Of a stretch of 64,000 nucleotides of DNA, positions 40,901 to 53,614 are shown piece after piece (positions within the stretch are counted from its first letter, which is position 1; every line of letters starts with the position of its first letter). The stretch lies in assembly GCA_965202585.1 (NCBI GenBank), contig OZ241829.1, positions 35,030,001-35,094,000 on the forward strand. Direction: 5' to 3'. The position numbers and the translations under genes are program-made. The stretch comes from Thalia democratica (taxonomy: Eukaryota). The notes beneath the pieces are model-generated. The model did no database searches and was not told the DNA's origin. It worked only from the letters and a program-made list of their open reading frames with translations.

Positions 40901-43900
40901 TTTCAAGAAGTTACATGTTTAATTTTATGTTTGATAAGAATTTTTCAAGAACGGTTTTAAAAACGAACAGGCTTTTAAGTTTAAATCTAAAAAAAAAACT
41001 CAAAATTTTTAAACTTAAAAATTAAGTTTAGCAAAGGTTAAAAGTAAAGCTGAATAGTTTCAAAGTAAAGTCGTAAACATTAGCTAAAGCTAATTTCATA
41101 ATTCTAGTTGTAACACCTTTCAAAAAGTTTTCCAAACTAGAAATATCTAAGCCTTTATTAAAAATCACTAAGACATAACTTGGAAACTCTGGTTAACAGA
41201 TTGTGAGCGCGACTTCATCAAATCCGGATTATGCGTTGTGTATGCAAGACAAAGGGGCGTTAGTAACTTCTGATGGCTCAACGCGCACCAAGACGATTGA
41301 GTACCAATATGACGGAGGCAGAGGTAACATAATGGCTCCTGGTGCCTGGGTTAGTTCTTTAAAGTAGAATAATTTGAGCCATCTAGTTTCAAGTTATAGG
41401 TAATATTTTAAGTATTTAGTTAAATATTTTTTTAATAGATGTTATGCATATTAATTGTTTTGTAAACACTATTTATGAGCTCTTGTTACTAGTTTCTAAG
41501 GTTATGTCAATATTTTATTTTGTTAACATTGTATAGAATAATTAGTTTGTATGAGTTTTATTTAAAAACTATTTTGTCATGTTCTTTAATCCTAAAAGTT
41601 TGTAGTATTCTCTAAAGCAGGGTTTCCCAAAGTAGCCCCAAAGTAGTAAAAGAGCTACAGGGGGGCCATGAGGACATAATTTGAAACTTACTCTAGATAT
41701 TCTGGAGTTGCTGATAAAGAGCAGAAAAAAAATTTATTAAGTGTTTTTAATGGTAGTATTTTGAATAATCTTTTTGTAGGGGCCATAGATTTTTTAATGT
41801 CTTTAAAGGGGGCCTTTTGAAAAAAAGTTTGGGAAACCCTGCTCTAAACTTTATCGAGGAAAGTTTTTTTAAATTTAAACAAAAAATATTTAAGTAAGTT
41901 GTTATCACAACTTATCATAACTAATAAAAAACTATTGATTTAGTGTATAAAGTATATGTTATCTCTAAAATAGATTTATTAAATACAATTAAAAACTACT
42001 TATTTTTGTTAATTTTTTTCATAATTAGAGTATAGATTTTTAACTTTTATATATAAAAACTAGGTGGAATTTTTTGATATCCACCAATCATCTGTAAAAA
42101 ATAGCTATACTTTAAAAAATTTTCACAGGCAAAAGTTTTCAATACATTTACGCTAAGTCTGTGTTTGAAAGTTTTAACGGTCATAAAGTTTTAATTGCAT
42201 ATTGAAGCGTTTTGATAATAGCTTCTCGATATGTTTCTATAAAAGTAGTTACCAGTACATTCAATTTTAAATTAATAACGTTGTCGTACCATTTATTGAA
42301 TTTATGTTTACTTGTAACTACTATATTAATTAAGTAATTTTGGTTGCATTTACTTAGCTGTGTAAGTTTCTATATACTTCAAAAGTTATCTTTTAAAGTT
42401 TTAAAAACAAAAAAGCTAATAAATTAACACCGGTTGCTGGTTGTTAATGTTTTTTAGTATTTTTTCTAGAAACAAATTTAATAAGAGTTATTCCTCTATT
42501 GTTTCTCTATTTAAAACACTTGTTTAGATGCAAAGGTTATGACTAAGTCTTAAAAATTTAACATATTAAGTTAAAAGGAATAAATTTTATGAGTTTATAG
42601 AAAATCAAGATAACATAATTAACTCTATGTTAAAGACTTCGACGCACTTTTTACAAGTTGGCTTTAATCTTTTCAATAAAACTAACTAAAGTTTTTTATC
42701 AATAGTGTTCTTTTCAAATTGCTCTGAGCTGGGAAAATCTGAAATTCAAGGGAACGCAACCACAAGTGCTTATCGAGTTAAACACTAAAACTTTGAGGTA
42801 AACATTAAGAGTGTATATACGTTAGATCTAAAGTTTTTTTAAATGTCGTAAATAATAATATTAATAGTTAATGGTATAAAGTGTGCTTTTCAGTAAAATT
42901 TTATTATTGCTATTAGTAATATAAGCTTCAACAAATAACATATATTAACAACAAATATTTAAAGTTAATTCAATGAAAAAAAACTATTGTACATAAACTT
43001 TAAACTAACCACAATTACTTTTTGTGAGCGTAATGTTTATACTTAAATTACACATTTATGACTAAACTTTATGTCTTTGTTGCAATCACTGTTAATTTTA
43101 TCAATGAGTGCATTATAGCTATTACACAGGCTAATGAAAATTTAATGAAAAAATGTATATAAACTAATTTTCAAAATTTGTGTATTTAATTATAAACAAG
43201 AGTTTTTATTTATCATATAGCGTTTTGGTGAAATAAAACTATTTATTTAAATTACATAGTGGTTTTTATATAAGGCTATATTATAAACTAATAACTTTCT
43301 AGAAATAAAGTTTATAGCATGTAAATATACTTCATGCTACTATAAAAAATATCCTAAAATTATAAAGTAATGGCTACGATAATTTGTTTACCACGTAAAC
43401 AAATTTTCAAGTATTTTTTGTATATTTTACTTTTTTCAAACTTGTTAACAATAACAAACTTTTTAATTTGTTACAGTGGTTTGTTTTAAAACACGTTGTT
43501 TAAAAACATTAATGCAATGTTAACTATCTAAACCTGACATTTTTACAAGGTTTAAAATATCTTTACTGTAAATACTTTTTTGTAGATTGTAAAATGTTAC
43601 TAATCAATTTTTAACATTCCTTTTAAAATTTTCGTAATTAAAAACGTATCTTGACAATTGAAAACGTACAGCACTTCAACTAATCAATCAGATGTTGACA
43701 ATTCGAACAACAAAAATGAGATTACAGTTCCATTAAAGTACAGATCCGATATTGATGTAAAAATGTTAGTTAAAAAAGTTTTATTTATTAAAGTTTAGTT
43801 AAAAATAAATGCATATGCAAAAACTGAAAGTTCTGAGACTAAGTTTTAAAAGAATTTTTTAAAGCTTAGTAGACATAACATTTTTTATATCTTATTATGT

Positions 43901-46900
43901 GTTGCTTTAGTACTTTAATGCTAATATAGAACAGTTTAAACAAAAAATAATCATTTCTTAAAAGCACACTTTATTTGTAATAGTTTTGAATTATGCTTTG
44001 TATATTTTCCTATTTAGTTTTTAAAACAATTGAAAGTTAGTCATTAGTAATTTAGTTTTAGTGTTCTTTTTATAATTTTCTACACACTATACTGATCTTC
44101 TGTCAATAAAATATATTAAATTTGTAACAGCCGTAGCGGTAATTCAATCGTACCTTTCAATCAAACTGTATTCATAAACAAAACTATAAACAACGTTCTT
44201 CAAGTTGGACCTGAACTTCGAGACATTGTGATTGAATATGAAGTTAGAACAAGTCTCGTTTAAATATAGCAAAACTTTTTATTTTTAATAATTAAAAAAA
44301 ACAAATTACAATAAATCTTAGATATTGTTGCATTTACAAATAACAGGTTTGTTAGATTGAAAACTACGTTAGTGTTAAAACAAAGTCTAAATAATGATAA
44401 GAAAAATTAATCCTATTCATACTTGACTTCGGTGTTTAAGACTAACTAAAATCAGATGTTTATAAATGCATAGTATTAATATATACATTTATATAAATGT
44501 ATACAAAAACTTTTTGCTGTCAAAATTTACCAACAGTATTAATCTAAGGTCATTGGAAGGGGCTATTCAAATGTCCCTCAGTCAACGCTAAGAGTTGCGT
44601 ATCCTGACAAAATATATGATGAATATTACCTTTTATATCTTTATGATTACTCTTGCAAAGTCAATTCTGCGGTTAGTAATAAAATTAACATACTTTTAAG
44701 CTTTAAACTGGATTCTAAATATAAAAAATAAAATTTAGTACTTTAATCTTTAATGTAATTAAATTATAAAACATCGTAAAGTATTTTATATTTTTATTAG
44801 TTTGTTGATCATGAAAGTAAATAATTTGTCCTAATGAATATAAGAAACGAAGAACATCAACGCTCATAAATATGGTAAGTAGACCTGGCATGTAAAAATA
44901 TTTTCCAGTTATCGAACGACACACCACTCATTTACTTTAACTGTTCTGAATTGTTAAAAAATATTTTGATAGTGAAAAAACTTAAACAATCAAGAACTCT
45001 ATCATATAATGTAAAATTTTCAAAATAAAATACGACACAAAGCTTAAGAATAGTTTTTCTTGTACACATTTATTTTTTGAAATAATCTAAAAGTATAAAC
45101 TCAGGCATGCTAATTTAAAATCATTCCTAATAAAATCAAAAATGCTTAAACTACGTGTAATTAGAAATATTAGTTTATTTATGAAATAATAACACAACTC
45201 AAACTCTTTTAAGGTTGGTCAACAATTTATTCAAACTATATAACTTACAAAAGTTATAACTACAAGAAAATTTAATGTACGATTCTGTATTTGTTTTATA
45301 AAGATAATAAAAAACCAGTAGTAAAATAACTAATAAAAATATCCTCTCTGTTTTACTCAATCCCTTTTTATTCAAAACTGTTCCTAAACAAGTTTTATTG
45401 ATTTGTACAAGTAACTATTAACTAATAATTTTTATAACACAACTTTAAACTCAACTAGTATTCGATTTTTGCAGAGCTCAACAGGTTTGGTGACAACTTG
45501 TGCGTGTCAAGATGCTAATGTCAACGAGTTGAACTTGAAAACACCTACCTCACTGGACAGTGATCCATATTCCAACTACACGTTGAAACCACTCAACGAA
45601 ACGTTTAACATACCGGAAATTGTTTGTTTACGTCATTTTTTTTTTAGTTAATTTATTTTAAGCTTAACAAAGTCACACCTTTTGAACTGATTCTCTATAA
45701 TGTTTTGCATTTTCAACCACTCTAAATGTTTTTAAACTGAAAAGCAAATAAAGTTATTTGCACAGGATTGTAGTAGTCCAGACGCCTCACCCTTATGCTC
45801 AAACTTAACCTGTCAAGTTGACAACTTGGCACCGCAACACTCAGTGAGATTTGCTGCCAGGTTTAGGATATGGAAGCCGACGTTTCAATTTTCAAAAGTT
45901 TGAACCATTTAAAAACTATCTAATTTAAAATAAGCTATTTCACAATTTTACCCAATTTTTTTTTAAAGTCTACTGAAGAAACTAATGCATTAGCAAGACG
46001 GGTAGAAGCGAAAACAAGCACAAAAATGACAGTTAAGTTTACTTTTGAATCGAGCCAGTCAAATTCTACAATTGGTAGTGACGGAAAAAGTATTCAACCG
46101 TTTACTGATCAGGTACGAAAAACATAAACTAAAACAAAGTAAAATAAACCTATAACTCACTAATAGTAATTTATGTAAAACTGCTAGTCTAGCTTTAAAA
46201 CTATATTATTTTATTTGAATTGTCAGCGAATTACAAGCTTTTTTTTTAAGTTCAACATTTATTATATTTATACAAGTTAATTAGTTTGAAATTTTTTTTT
46301 CATGTTATTAACTGCATTTCTTTATATATTTTGTAACAAATTATTCCTTAAAAAAACAACAAAGTTTTTGAGCTTATAATAGACCATAAAGTGCTTTTGC
46401 TTATTTCTGCCGGATTACATGCTTTGACTAGGTGTTATTTTTTGTTTAAAAACCGTGTGACATTTAAGCAAGCATAATTCAACAAAAACTTTAAACTTGA
46501 TTATCACAACTTGAAAATGTTTAGAAACAAAAAGTTTAAGCATGTGTAACATTTATAATATATGAAACGCCTGAAGACTTACTTACACTTTTTACTATAA
46601 AAAAATTTCAGAGAGTCATCACTACCGGGTTGTACGTTCCCCCAGTGGTGATCGTTCCTCCAAACTGGCCGCTCATAATTGCACTCTCCGTTGTTTTCGG
46701 TCTCCTGCTCTTGTTCCTCATAGCCTTTTTCCTACAACGAAAGGTAAGTGGTTGTAGTTAAGCATTAAAAGTAAGAAAAAAAAAAACAAGTTGCTTTTAC
46801 AATGAACAAATACATTTCAGTACCGTTTCTTTGAAAACCCGTACGACAAGGAAATAAGGCGTCTGAAAAAGCTGCAGAAGCAAAAGCTGAAACTCAAAGG

Positions 46901-49900
46901 CAACAAAGATCTCGTACTTATGATAGAAGACGAAAAAGCCCCGTCGGAAGACGACCCAGAAAAAATTTTGAAAGACATTGTGTACGGCAACCCGTTGGAA
47001 ATTTTCGGCGATGACTACAAAAATCCAAAAGACAAGAAAAGCGCCCCCGAAGACAAAAAGTGGGCGTCCCTTCAAAATAACACTGCTCCGATCAATGACG
47101 ATGAGATGTACACCTTTAACGACACTTTAAAGAAACGTCCAAAGTTTCCCAGCTTCAAAAAATCTGGAAAGCCTGACAAGTACAGCGCACCGGGTCCTAG
47201 TCCTAAACCTAAAAACGATAAAAAGCTGGAAGATCAGCTGTTCCCGCTCGACGAAAACAGCCCGTCGAAAGAGCAGGTGACTTCTTTTGCAGCACAGAGT
47301 TCTTCGAGCGAATCAGAGTCGGAAGATCTCTATGACATTGTCGGAGGGAATCTTACAAAAACAAACAATCCTAAAAATAACAAGAACATTTACACTTTGG
47401 ACACACTTGCAAAAAATAAACCAGATGATTCAAAGAACGACAAAAATGTTGAAATTGATAAAGATGATGGTATTTATATGGCAATTGTACGAACAGATGA
47501 AAGTTCAAGTACTTCATCTGAGGCAACAGCTACTCCGTTTGAAAATGAAAGCCTCTCCGAAGACGAAAACAAGGATGAGAATGAACCTGAAAGTGAGAAT
47601 AAACCTTCAGGTTTTTTGGCCTTTTTGAAAGGTTTGTTTGGTTCATCAGACAAAAACGATTCAAAACCTGCGGATGTAGAAAGCGGTTTAGATGATAAAA
47701 ACAATGGCAGTCCTGATTCAAATTTTGAAGAGATAAGAGAAGAAGAAAAGAAGCCTAAATCTAAGATCAGCTTAAATTGCTTTAAACCAAAAGAAACACC
47801 TGAAGACACAGGAAAAAAAAACAAGCAAGGTAAAAAAGATGATGATGTACCAAACAAACAAGAAAATAAAGCAGGTGAAGAAGAACCTGGTTCGGGTGAT
47901 AAAAAAGCTGAGCCAGACACTTCTGAAAAAGATAATCAACCTTCTAAAGACTCAGGAGCTGCAGAGAAAAAAGACAAAGAATCAGATCCTAAAAACGACA
48001 AACCTGAAGATGATAAAAAGGACACCGAAAACAATCAAAAATCTGGCAATGATGAAGACAATAACACAGATGATAATCAAAAGGAAAAAGATGACAAAGC
48101 GGCAGATGATAAACCTGCAGATGATAAAGCTGCAGATGATAAAGCAGCAGATGACAAAGCTGCAGATGACAAAGCAGCAGATGATAAAGCAGCAGATGAT
48201 AAACCTGCAGATAACAAGGCGGCAGATGATAAACCTGCAGATGATAAACCTGCAGATGATAAAGCAGCAGATGACAAAGCAGCAGATGATAAAGCAGCAG
48301 ATGATAAACCTGCAGATGACAAAGCGGCAGATGATAAACCTGCAGATGATAAACCTGCAGATGATAAAGCAGCAGATGATAAAGCAGCAGATGATAAAGC
48401 GGCAGATGACAAAGCTGCAGATGACAAAGCAGCAGATGACAAAGCAGCAGATGATAAAGTAGCAGATGACAAAGCGGCAGATGATAAAGCGGCAAATGAT
48501 AAAGCAGCAGATGATAAAGCAGCGGATGATAAAGCAGCAGATGACAAACCTGCAGATGATAAACCTGCAGATGACAAAGCAGCGGATGATAAAGCAGCGG
48601 ATGATAAAGCAGCAGATGATAAAGCAGCAGATGATAAACCTGCAGATGATAAACCTGCAGATGACAAAGCAGCAGATGACAAACCTGCAGATGATAAAGC
48701 AGCAGATGATAAAGCAGCAGATGATAAACCTGCAGATGATAAACCTGCAGATGACAAAGCAGCAGATGATAAAGCATCAGATGACAAAGCTGCAGATGAC
48801 AAAGCAGCAGATGATAAAGCAGCAGATGATAAAGCAGCAGATGATAAAGCAGCAGATGATAAAGCAGCAGATGATAAACCTGAAGATGATAAACCTGCAG
48901 ATGATAAACCTGCAGATGATAAAGCAGCAGATGATAAACCTGCAGATGATAAACCTGCAGATGATAAAGCAGCAGATGACAAAGCAGCAGATGACAAAGC
49001 TGCAGATGATAAACCTGCAGATGATAAAGCAGCAGATGACAAAGCAGCAGATGATAAAGCAGCAGATGATAAAGCAGCAGATGACAAAGCGGCAGATGAC
49101 AAACCTGCAGATGATAAAGCTGCAGATGATAAAGCAGCAGATGATAAAGCAGCAGATGGTAAAGCAGCAGATGATAAAGCAGCAGATGATAAACCTGCAG
49201 ATGATAAACCTGCAGATGATAAAGCTGCAGATGACAAGGCGGCAGATGATAAACCTGCAGATGATAAACCTGCAGATGATAAAGCAGCAGATGACAAAGC
49301 GGCAGATGATAAAGCAGCAGATGATAAAGCAGCAGATGATAAAGCAGCAGATGACAAAGCGGCAGATGATAAACCTGCAGATGATAAACCTGCAGATGAT
49401 AAAGCAGCAGATGAAAAACCTGCAGATGATAAAGCAGCAGATGATAAACCTGCAGATGATAAAGCAGCAGATGATAAACCTGCAGATGATAAAGCTGCAG
49501 ATGACAAAGCAGCAGATGACAAAGCGGCAGATGATAAAGCAGCAGATGATAAACCTGCAGATGATAAAGCAGCAGATGAAAAAGCAGCAGATGATAAACC
49601 TGCAGATGATAAAGCAGCAGATGATAAACCTGCAGATGATAAAGCAGCAGATGATAAACCTGCAGATGAAAAAGCAGCAGATGATAAACCTGCAGATGAC
49701 AAAGCAGCAGATGAAAAAGCACCAGATGATAAAGCAGCAGATGATAAACCTGCAGATGATAAAGCGGCAGATAATAAACCTGCAGATGATAAAGCAGCAG
49801 ATGATAAACCTGCAGATGATAAAGCAGCAGATAATAAACCTGCAGATGATAAAGCAGCAGATGATAAACCTGCAGATGATAAAGCAGCAGATGATAAACC

Positions 49901-51572
49901 TGCAGATGAAAAAGCAGCAGATGATAAAGCAGCAGATGATAAAGCAACAGATGATAAACCTGCAGATGACAAAGCAGCAGATGATAAAGCAGCAGATGAT
50001 AAACCTGCAGATGATAAAGCAGCAGATGATAAACCTGCAGATGATAAACCTGCAGATGACAAAGCAGCAGATGATAAAGCAGCAGATGATAAAGCAACAG
50101 ATGATAAACCTGCAGATGACAAAGCGGCAGATAAAAAAGCAGCAGATGACAAAGGGTCAGATGATAAATCTGCAGATGATAAACCTGCAGATGAAAAAGC
50201 AGCAGATGATAAAGCAGCAGATGATAAAGCAACAGATGATAAACCTGCAGATGACAAAGCAGCAGATGAAAAAGCAGCAGATAATAAACCTGCAGATGAC
50301 AAAGCAGCAGATGATAAACCCGCAGATGACAAAGCAGCAGATGATAAAGCAGCAGATGATAAAGCAACAGATGATAAACCTGCAGATGACAAAGCGGCAG
50401 ATAAAAAAGCAGCAGATGACAAAGGGTCAGATGAAAAAGCAGCAGATGATAAACCTGCAGATGACAAAGCAGCAGATGAAAAAGCACCAGATGATAAAGC
50501 AGCAGATGATAAACCTGCAGATGATAAAGCGGCAGATAATAAACCTGCAGATGATAAAGCAGCAGATGATAAACCTGCAGATGATAAAGCAGCAGATAAT
50601 AAACCTGCAGATGATAAAGCAGCAGATGATAAACCTGCAGATGATAAAGCAACAGATGATAAACCAGCAGATGATAAAGCAGCAGATGATAAACCTGCAG
50701 ATGATAAAGCAACAGATGATAAACCAGCAGATGATAAAGCAGCAGATGATAAACCTGCAGATGATAAAGCAGCAGATGATAAACCTGCAGATGATAAACC
50801 TGCAGATGATAAAGCAGCAGATGATAAAGCTGCAGATGACAAAGCAGCAGATGATAAACCTGCAGATGACAAAGCAGCAGATGATAAAGCAGCAGATGAT
50901 AAAGCAACAGATGATAAACCTGCAGATGACAAAGCGGCAGATGAAAAAGCAGCAGATGATAAAGCAGCAGATGATAAACCTGCAGATGACAAAGCGGCAG
51001 ATGAAAAAGCTGCAGATGATAAAGCAGCAGATGAAAAAGCAGCAGATAATAAACCTGCAGATGATAAAGCAGCAGATGATAAACCTGCAGATGACAAAGC
51101 GGCAGATGAAAAAGCAGCAGATGACAAAGGGTCAGATGATAAATCTGCAGATGATAAACCTGCAGATGATAAAGCAGCAGATGATAAACCTGCAGATGAC
51201 AAAGCGGCAGATGATAAAGCAGCAGATAATAAACCTGCAGATGATAAACCTGCAGATGATAAAGCAGCAGATGATAAACCTACAGATGATAAAGCAGCAG
51301 ATGATAAAGCAGCAGATGATAAACCTGCAGATGACAAAGCGGCAGATGACAAAGCGGCAGATGATAAAGCTGCAGATGATAAAGCAGCAGATGATAAAGC
51401 AGCAGATGATAAACCTGCAGATGACAAAGCGGCAGATGACAAAGCGGCAGATGATAAAGCTGCAGATGATAAAGCAGCAGATGACAAACCTGCAGATGAT
51501 AAACCTGCAGATGATAAACCTGCAGATGATAAAGCAGCAGATGATAAAGCAGCAGATGAAAAACCTGTCTAG
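34906..51572 (+). CDS. Integrin alpha subunit (FG-GAP blades 3-7, thigh, calf-1/2, TM) with a ~1,583-aa repeat-rich cytoplasmic tail; N-terminal exons not found
   Basis: 20 phase-consistent exons: 34906-35065, 35122-35207, 35484-35726, 35978-36181, 36572-36708, 37933-38081, 39719-39864, 39993-40090, 40260-40385, 40703-40862, 41200-41349, 42706-42797, 43672-43764, 44131-44242, 44549-44671, 45475-45621, 45766-45897, 45969-46112, 46612-46743, 46821-51572. Motifs GAVGAYDWRG, SYLGYSV, DLNNDGRDDLVVGAP, DLNKDGYNDLVVGAP, RTRPVV, FEKNCG; TM WPLIIALSVVFGLLLLFLIAFFLQRK. The last exon is in frame with the 1550-aa ORF at 46920. Confidence 0.9.
36819..37235. mobile_element. Non-autonomous Mutator-like (MULE) element in an integrin intron
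   Basis: Imperfect ~50-bp terminal inverted repeats (GGTTACATGACATCTCAAACTCGGACAATTCAAATTCCGACAATTC vs reverse complement GGGTGCACGACAATTCAAAATCAGATGATTCGAATTTCGACACTTC); exact 9-bp TSD AATTGCGTT at 36810-36818 and 37236-37244. Confidence 0.75.
41618..41841. mobile_element. hAT (Charlie-type) MITE, 224 bp, in an integrin intron
   Basis: Perfect 14-bp TIR CAGGGTTTCCCAAA/TTTGGGAAACCCTG; 8-bp TSD CTCTAAAG (41610-41617) / CTCTAAAC (41842-41849). Confidence 0.88.
44868..44928 (-). mobile_element. SINE-like repeat copy E (degenerate)
   Basis: AGACCTGGCATGTAAAAATATTTTCCAGTTATCGAACGACACACCAC resembles the core consensus. Confidence 0.45.
48090..51569 (+). repeat. Coding minisatellite: 232 x 15 nt, GAT GAT AAA (GCA|CCT) GCA = DDK(A/P)A
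   Basis: 3480 nt = 232 units with the reading frame intact; minor variants DEK, DNK, DKK, DGK, KAT, KGS, KSA, KAP. Confidence 0.97.
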
Positions 51573-51982
51573 GCTTTTTTAAGTTTGATAACACTTTTTT
51601 TTTTAACTAATAGAGCTTGTTTTACAGTATCTACTAAAATAAAACTTTTCTATATAATGTATGTTCATACTAAAATGTAAAAGCATTTGTTTCTTATAAT
51701 GTAAATATTTATTATAATGATAATAAAATAATGATAAAAAAACTTCTTCATTTATCTTTTTTTATACTTTAATTAAATTATTTTTCTATAATTAGTGTCT
51801 CACTTAATGAGCCCATTGGTGAAAATAAGTAAGTCTAATAAAAAGACTTAATTCGTCTTGTTTAGAAGAAATATACATTAGCTATTGCCTAAACCTTTAA
51901 TACAGGACAAAAATAATTGTTAGTTAAAACCAAGTACTAAACAATTTTTACTTAATGGTGAATAAATATGTAGTATAGATTG

Positions 51983-52103
51983 ATCATTTAACGACAAAAA
52001 CAGAAAGCTCAAAACGTTTGGTTCTAGGACCTGGTATACAAAAAACTCTTTCGGTAATCGAGTCGCACACCACTTGGATATTTTTCAACGTCTTGTCCAA
52101 GAC
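51983..52103 (-). mobile_element. SINE-like repeat copy F
   Basis: GCTCAAAACGTTTGGTTCTAGGACCTGGTATACAAAAAACTCTTTCGGTAATCGAGTCGCACACCACTTGGATATTTTTCAACGTCTTGTCCAAGAC. Confidence 0.7.
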
Positions 52104-52299
52104 TTATAACTGTTGATAAAAACTTTAAGACAAATAAAATATTAAATAAGACTCAAAAGTTTGAAAAACTATATTATTAATATTTGTAAGATTTGTAGAT
52201 AGCGTTAGTAGATATTACTTATTTGTAACAAAAATAGACAAAAGCAATTAAAAAGTTTTAAAAACCGTAGGTTAGTAATTAGTAGGTAAAAACTTTATG

Positions 52300-53614
52300 G
52301 GAGGCTGAAGTTTCGCAGATATTCAAAATCAGATATTCGCATTTTTGAACAGATATTCGCTATAAACAAGTTTTCGTGAAAAGTTAATGGAGCTTACAAT
52401 TCTTAATAAACTTAGACAAAAACATCTTAAACGATTCATATTGCTCTGTAGATATTACATTTTCGGTTTAAATTAAATAAAAACAACAAAATACTTGTTT
52501 TTGACCTCAAAGTTCAACTAATTTTTTTCTTGTTTATTCTATATAAAACAACTAAGTTTCGTAAAAAAAATAATGGAGCTTACAATTCTTATTAAACTTA
52601 GACAAAAAACATCTTAAACGATTCGTCTTGCTTTGTAGATACTACATTTTTGGTTTAGATTGAATAAAAACAACAAAAAACTTACTTTAGCTGCTGACGG
52701 TTTGTAACAGTTGAAAAAGTATTTTAGCAAACAAAAAAAAAAAAAATACTAATAATTAATTTTATGGAATTTCATTAACAGATGAATCAAAGAAGGAAGC
52801 AGCAAAAGAAAAAAAAGAACACGAAGTGTATCGTTAAGATGCAAAGACTCTTATCTTTTTGATTAAAATAATAAAAATTTTTTAGTTTTATTTAAATATG
52901 TATTATTTCGTTGCAATATTTTAATCTAAATAAAACGTCATAAATAAAATAACGAATCCTTTAAGATGTTTTTTATTTGAAATGGACAAGAATTGTGAGC
53001 TAAAAAAATAGTTGTTTAATAAAAGAAAACAACAATATTTTAGAATTAGAAAGAATATTTTATTTAATCTAAACCAAAAATGTAATACCTACAAAGCAAG
53101 ACAAATCGTTTAAGATGTTTTTTGTCTAAGTTTGATAAAAATTCTTAGCTCCGTTAGTTTTTTACGAAACTTTGTTGTTTTATATAGAATAAACAAGAAA
53201 AAAAAATAGTTTAACTTTGAAGTCAAAAAAAAGATTTTGTTATTTCTATTTAATTTAAACCAAAAGTGTAATGTCTACAAAGCAAGACGAATCGTTTAAG
53301 ATGTTTTTTGTCTAAGTTTAATGAGAATTGTAAGCTCCACTATTTTTTTACGAAACTTAGTTGTTTTAAATAGAAAAAAAAACGAAAAAAATTATTTGAA
53401 CTTTGAGGTCAAAAACAAAAATATGTTGTTTTTGTTCAATTTAAACCAAAAATGTAATATCTACAAAGCAAGACAAATCGTTTAAGATATTTTTTGTCAA
53501 GTTTAATAATAATTGTAAGCACCATTAACTTTTTACGAAAACTTGTTTATAGCGAATATCTGTTCAAAAATGCGAATATCTGATTTTGAATATCTGCGAA
53601 ACTTCAGCTTACTT
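52300..53614. mobile_element. Foldback/Mutator-like element with modular long inverted arms
   Basis: Near-perfect ~90-bp outer TIR (GCTGAAGTTTCGCAGATATTCAAAATCAGATATTCGCATTTTTGAACAGATATTCGCTATAAACAAG...), followed by ~185-bp subrepeats (about 2 left, about 3.5 inverted right); 9-bp TSD AACTTTATG at 52291-52299 and 53615-53623. Confidence 0.85.

Noticed and set aside
48090-51569. CRISPR-like array
   Set aside because: The units are directly tandem with no unique spacers, there are no cas genes, and the context is eukaryotic.
47989-51594. Long alternative-frame ORFs over the repeat: (SSAAL/SSAGL)n 1136 aa, (YHLLL)n 972 aa, (MIKQQ)n 1038 aa
   Set aside because: They are shadows of a 15-nt unit that lacks stops in those frames. 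Only the DDKAA frame continues into unique sequence and the spliced integrin exons, and variation at third codon positions fits that frame.
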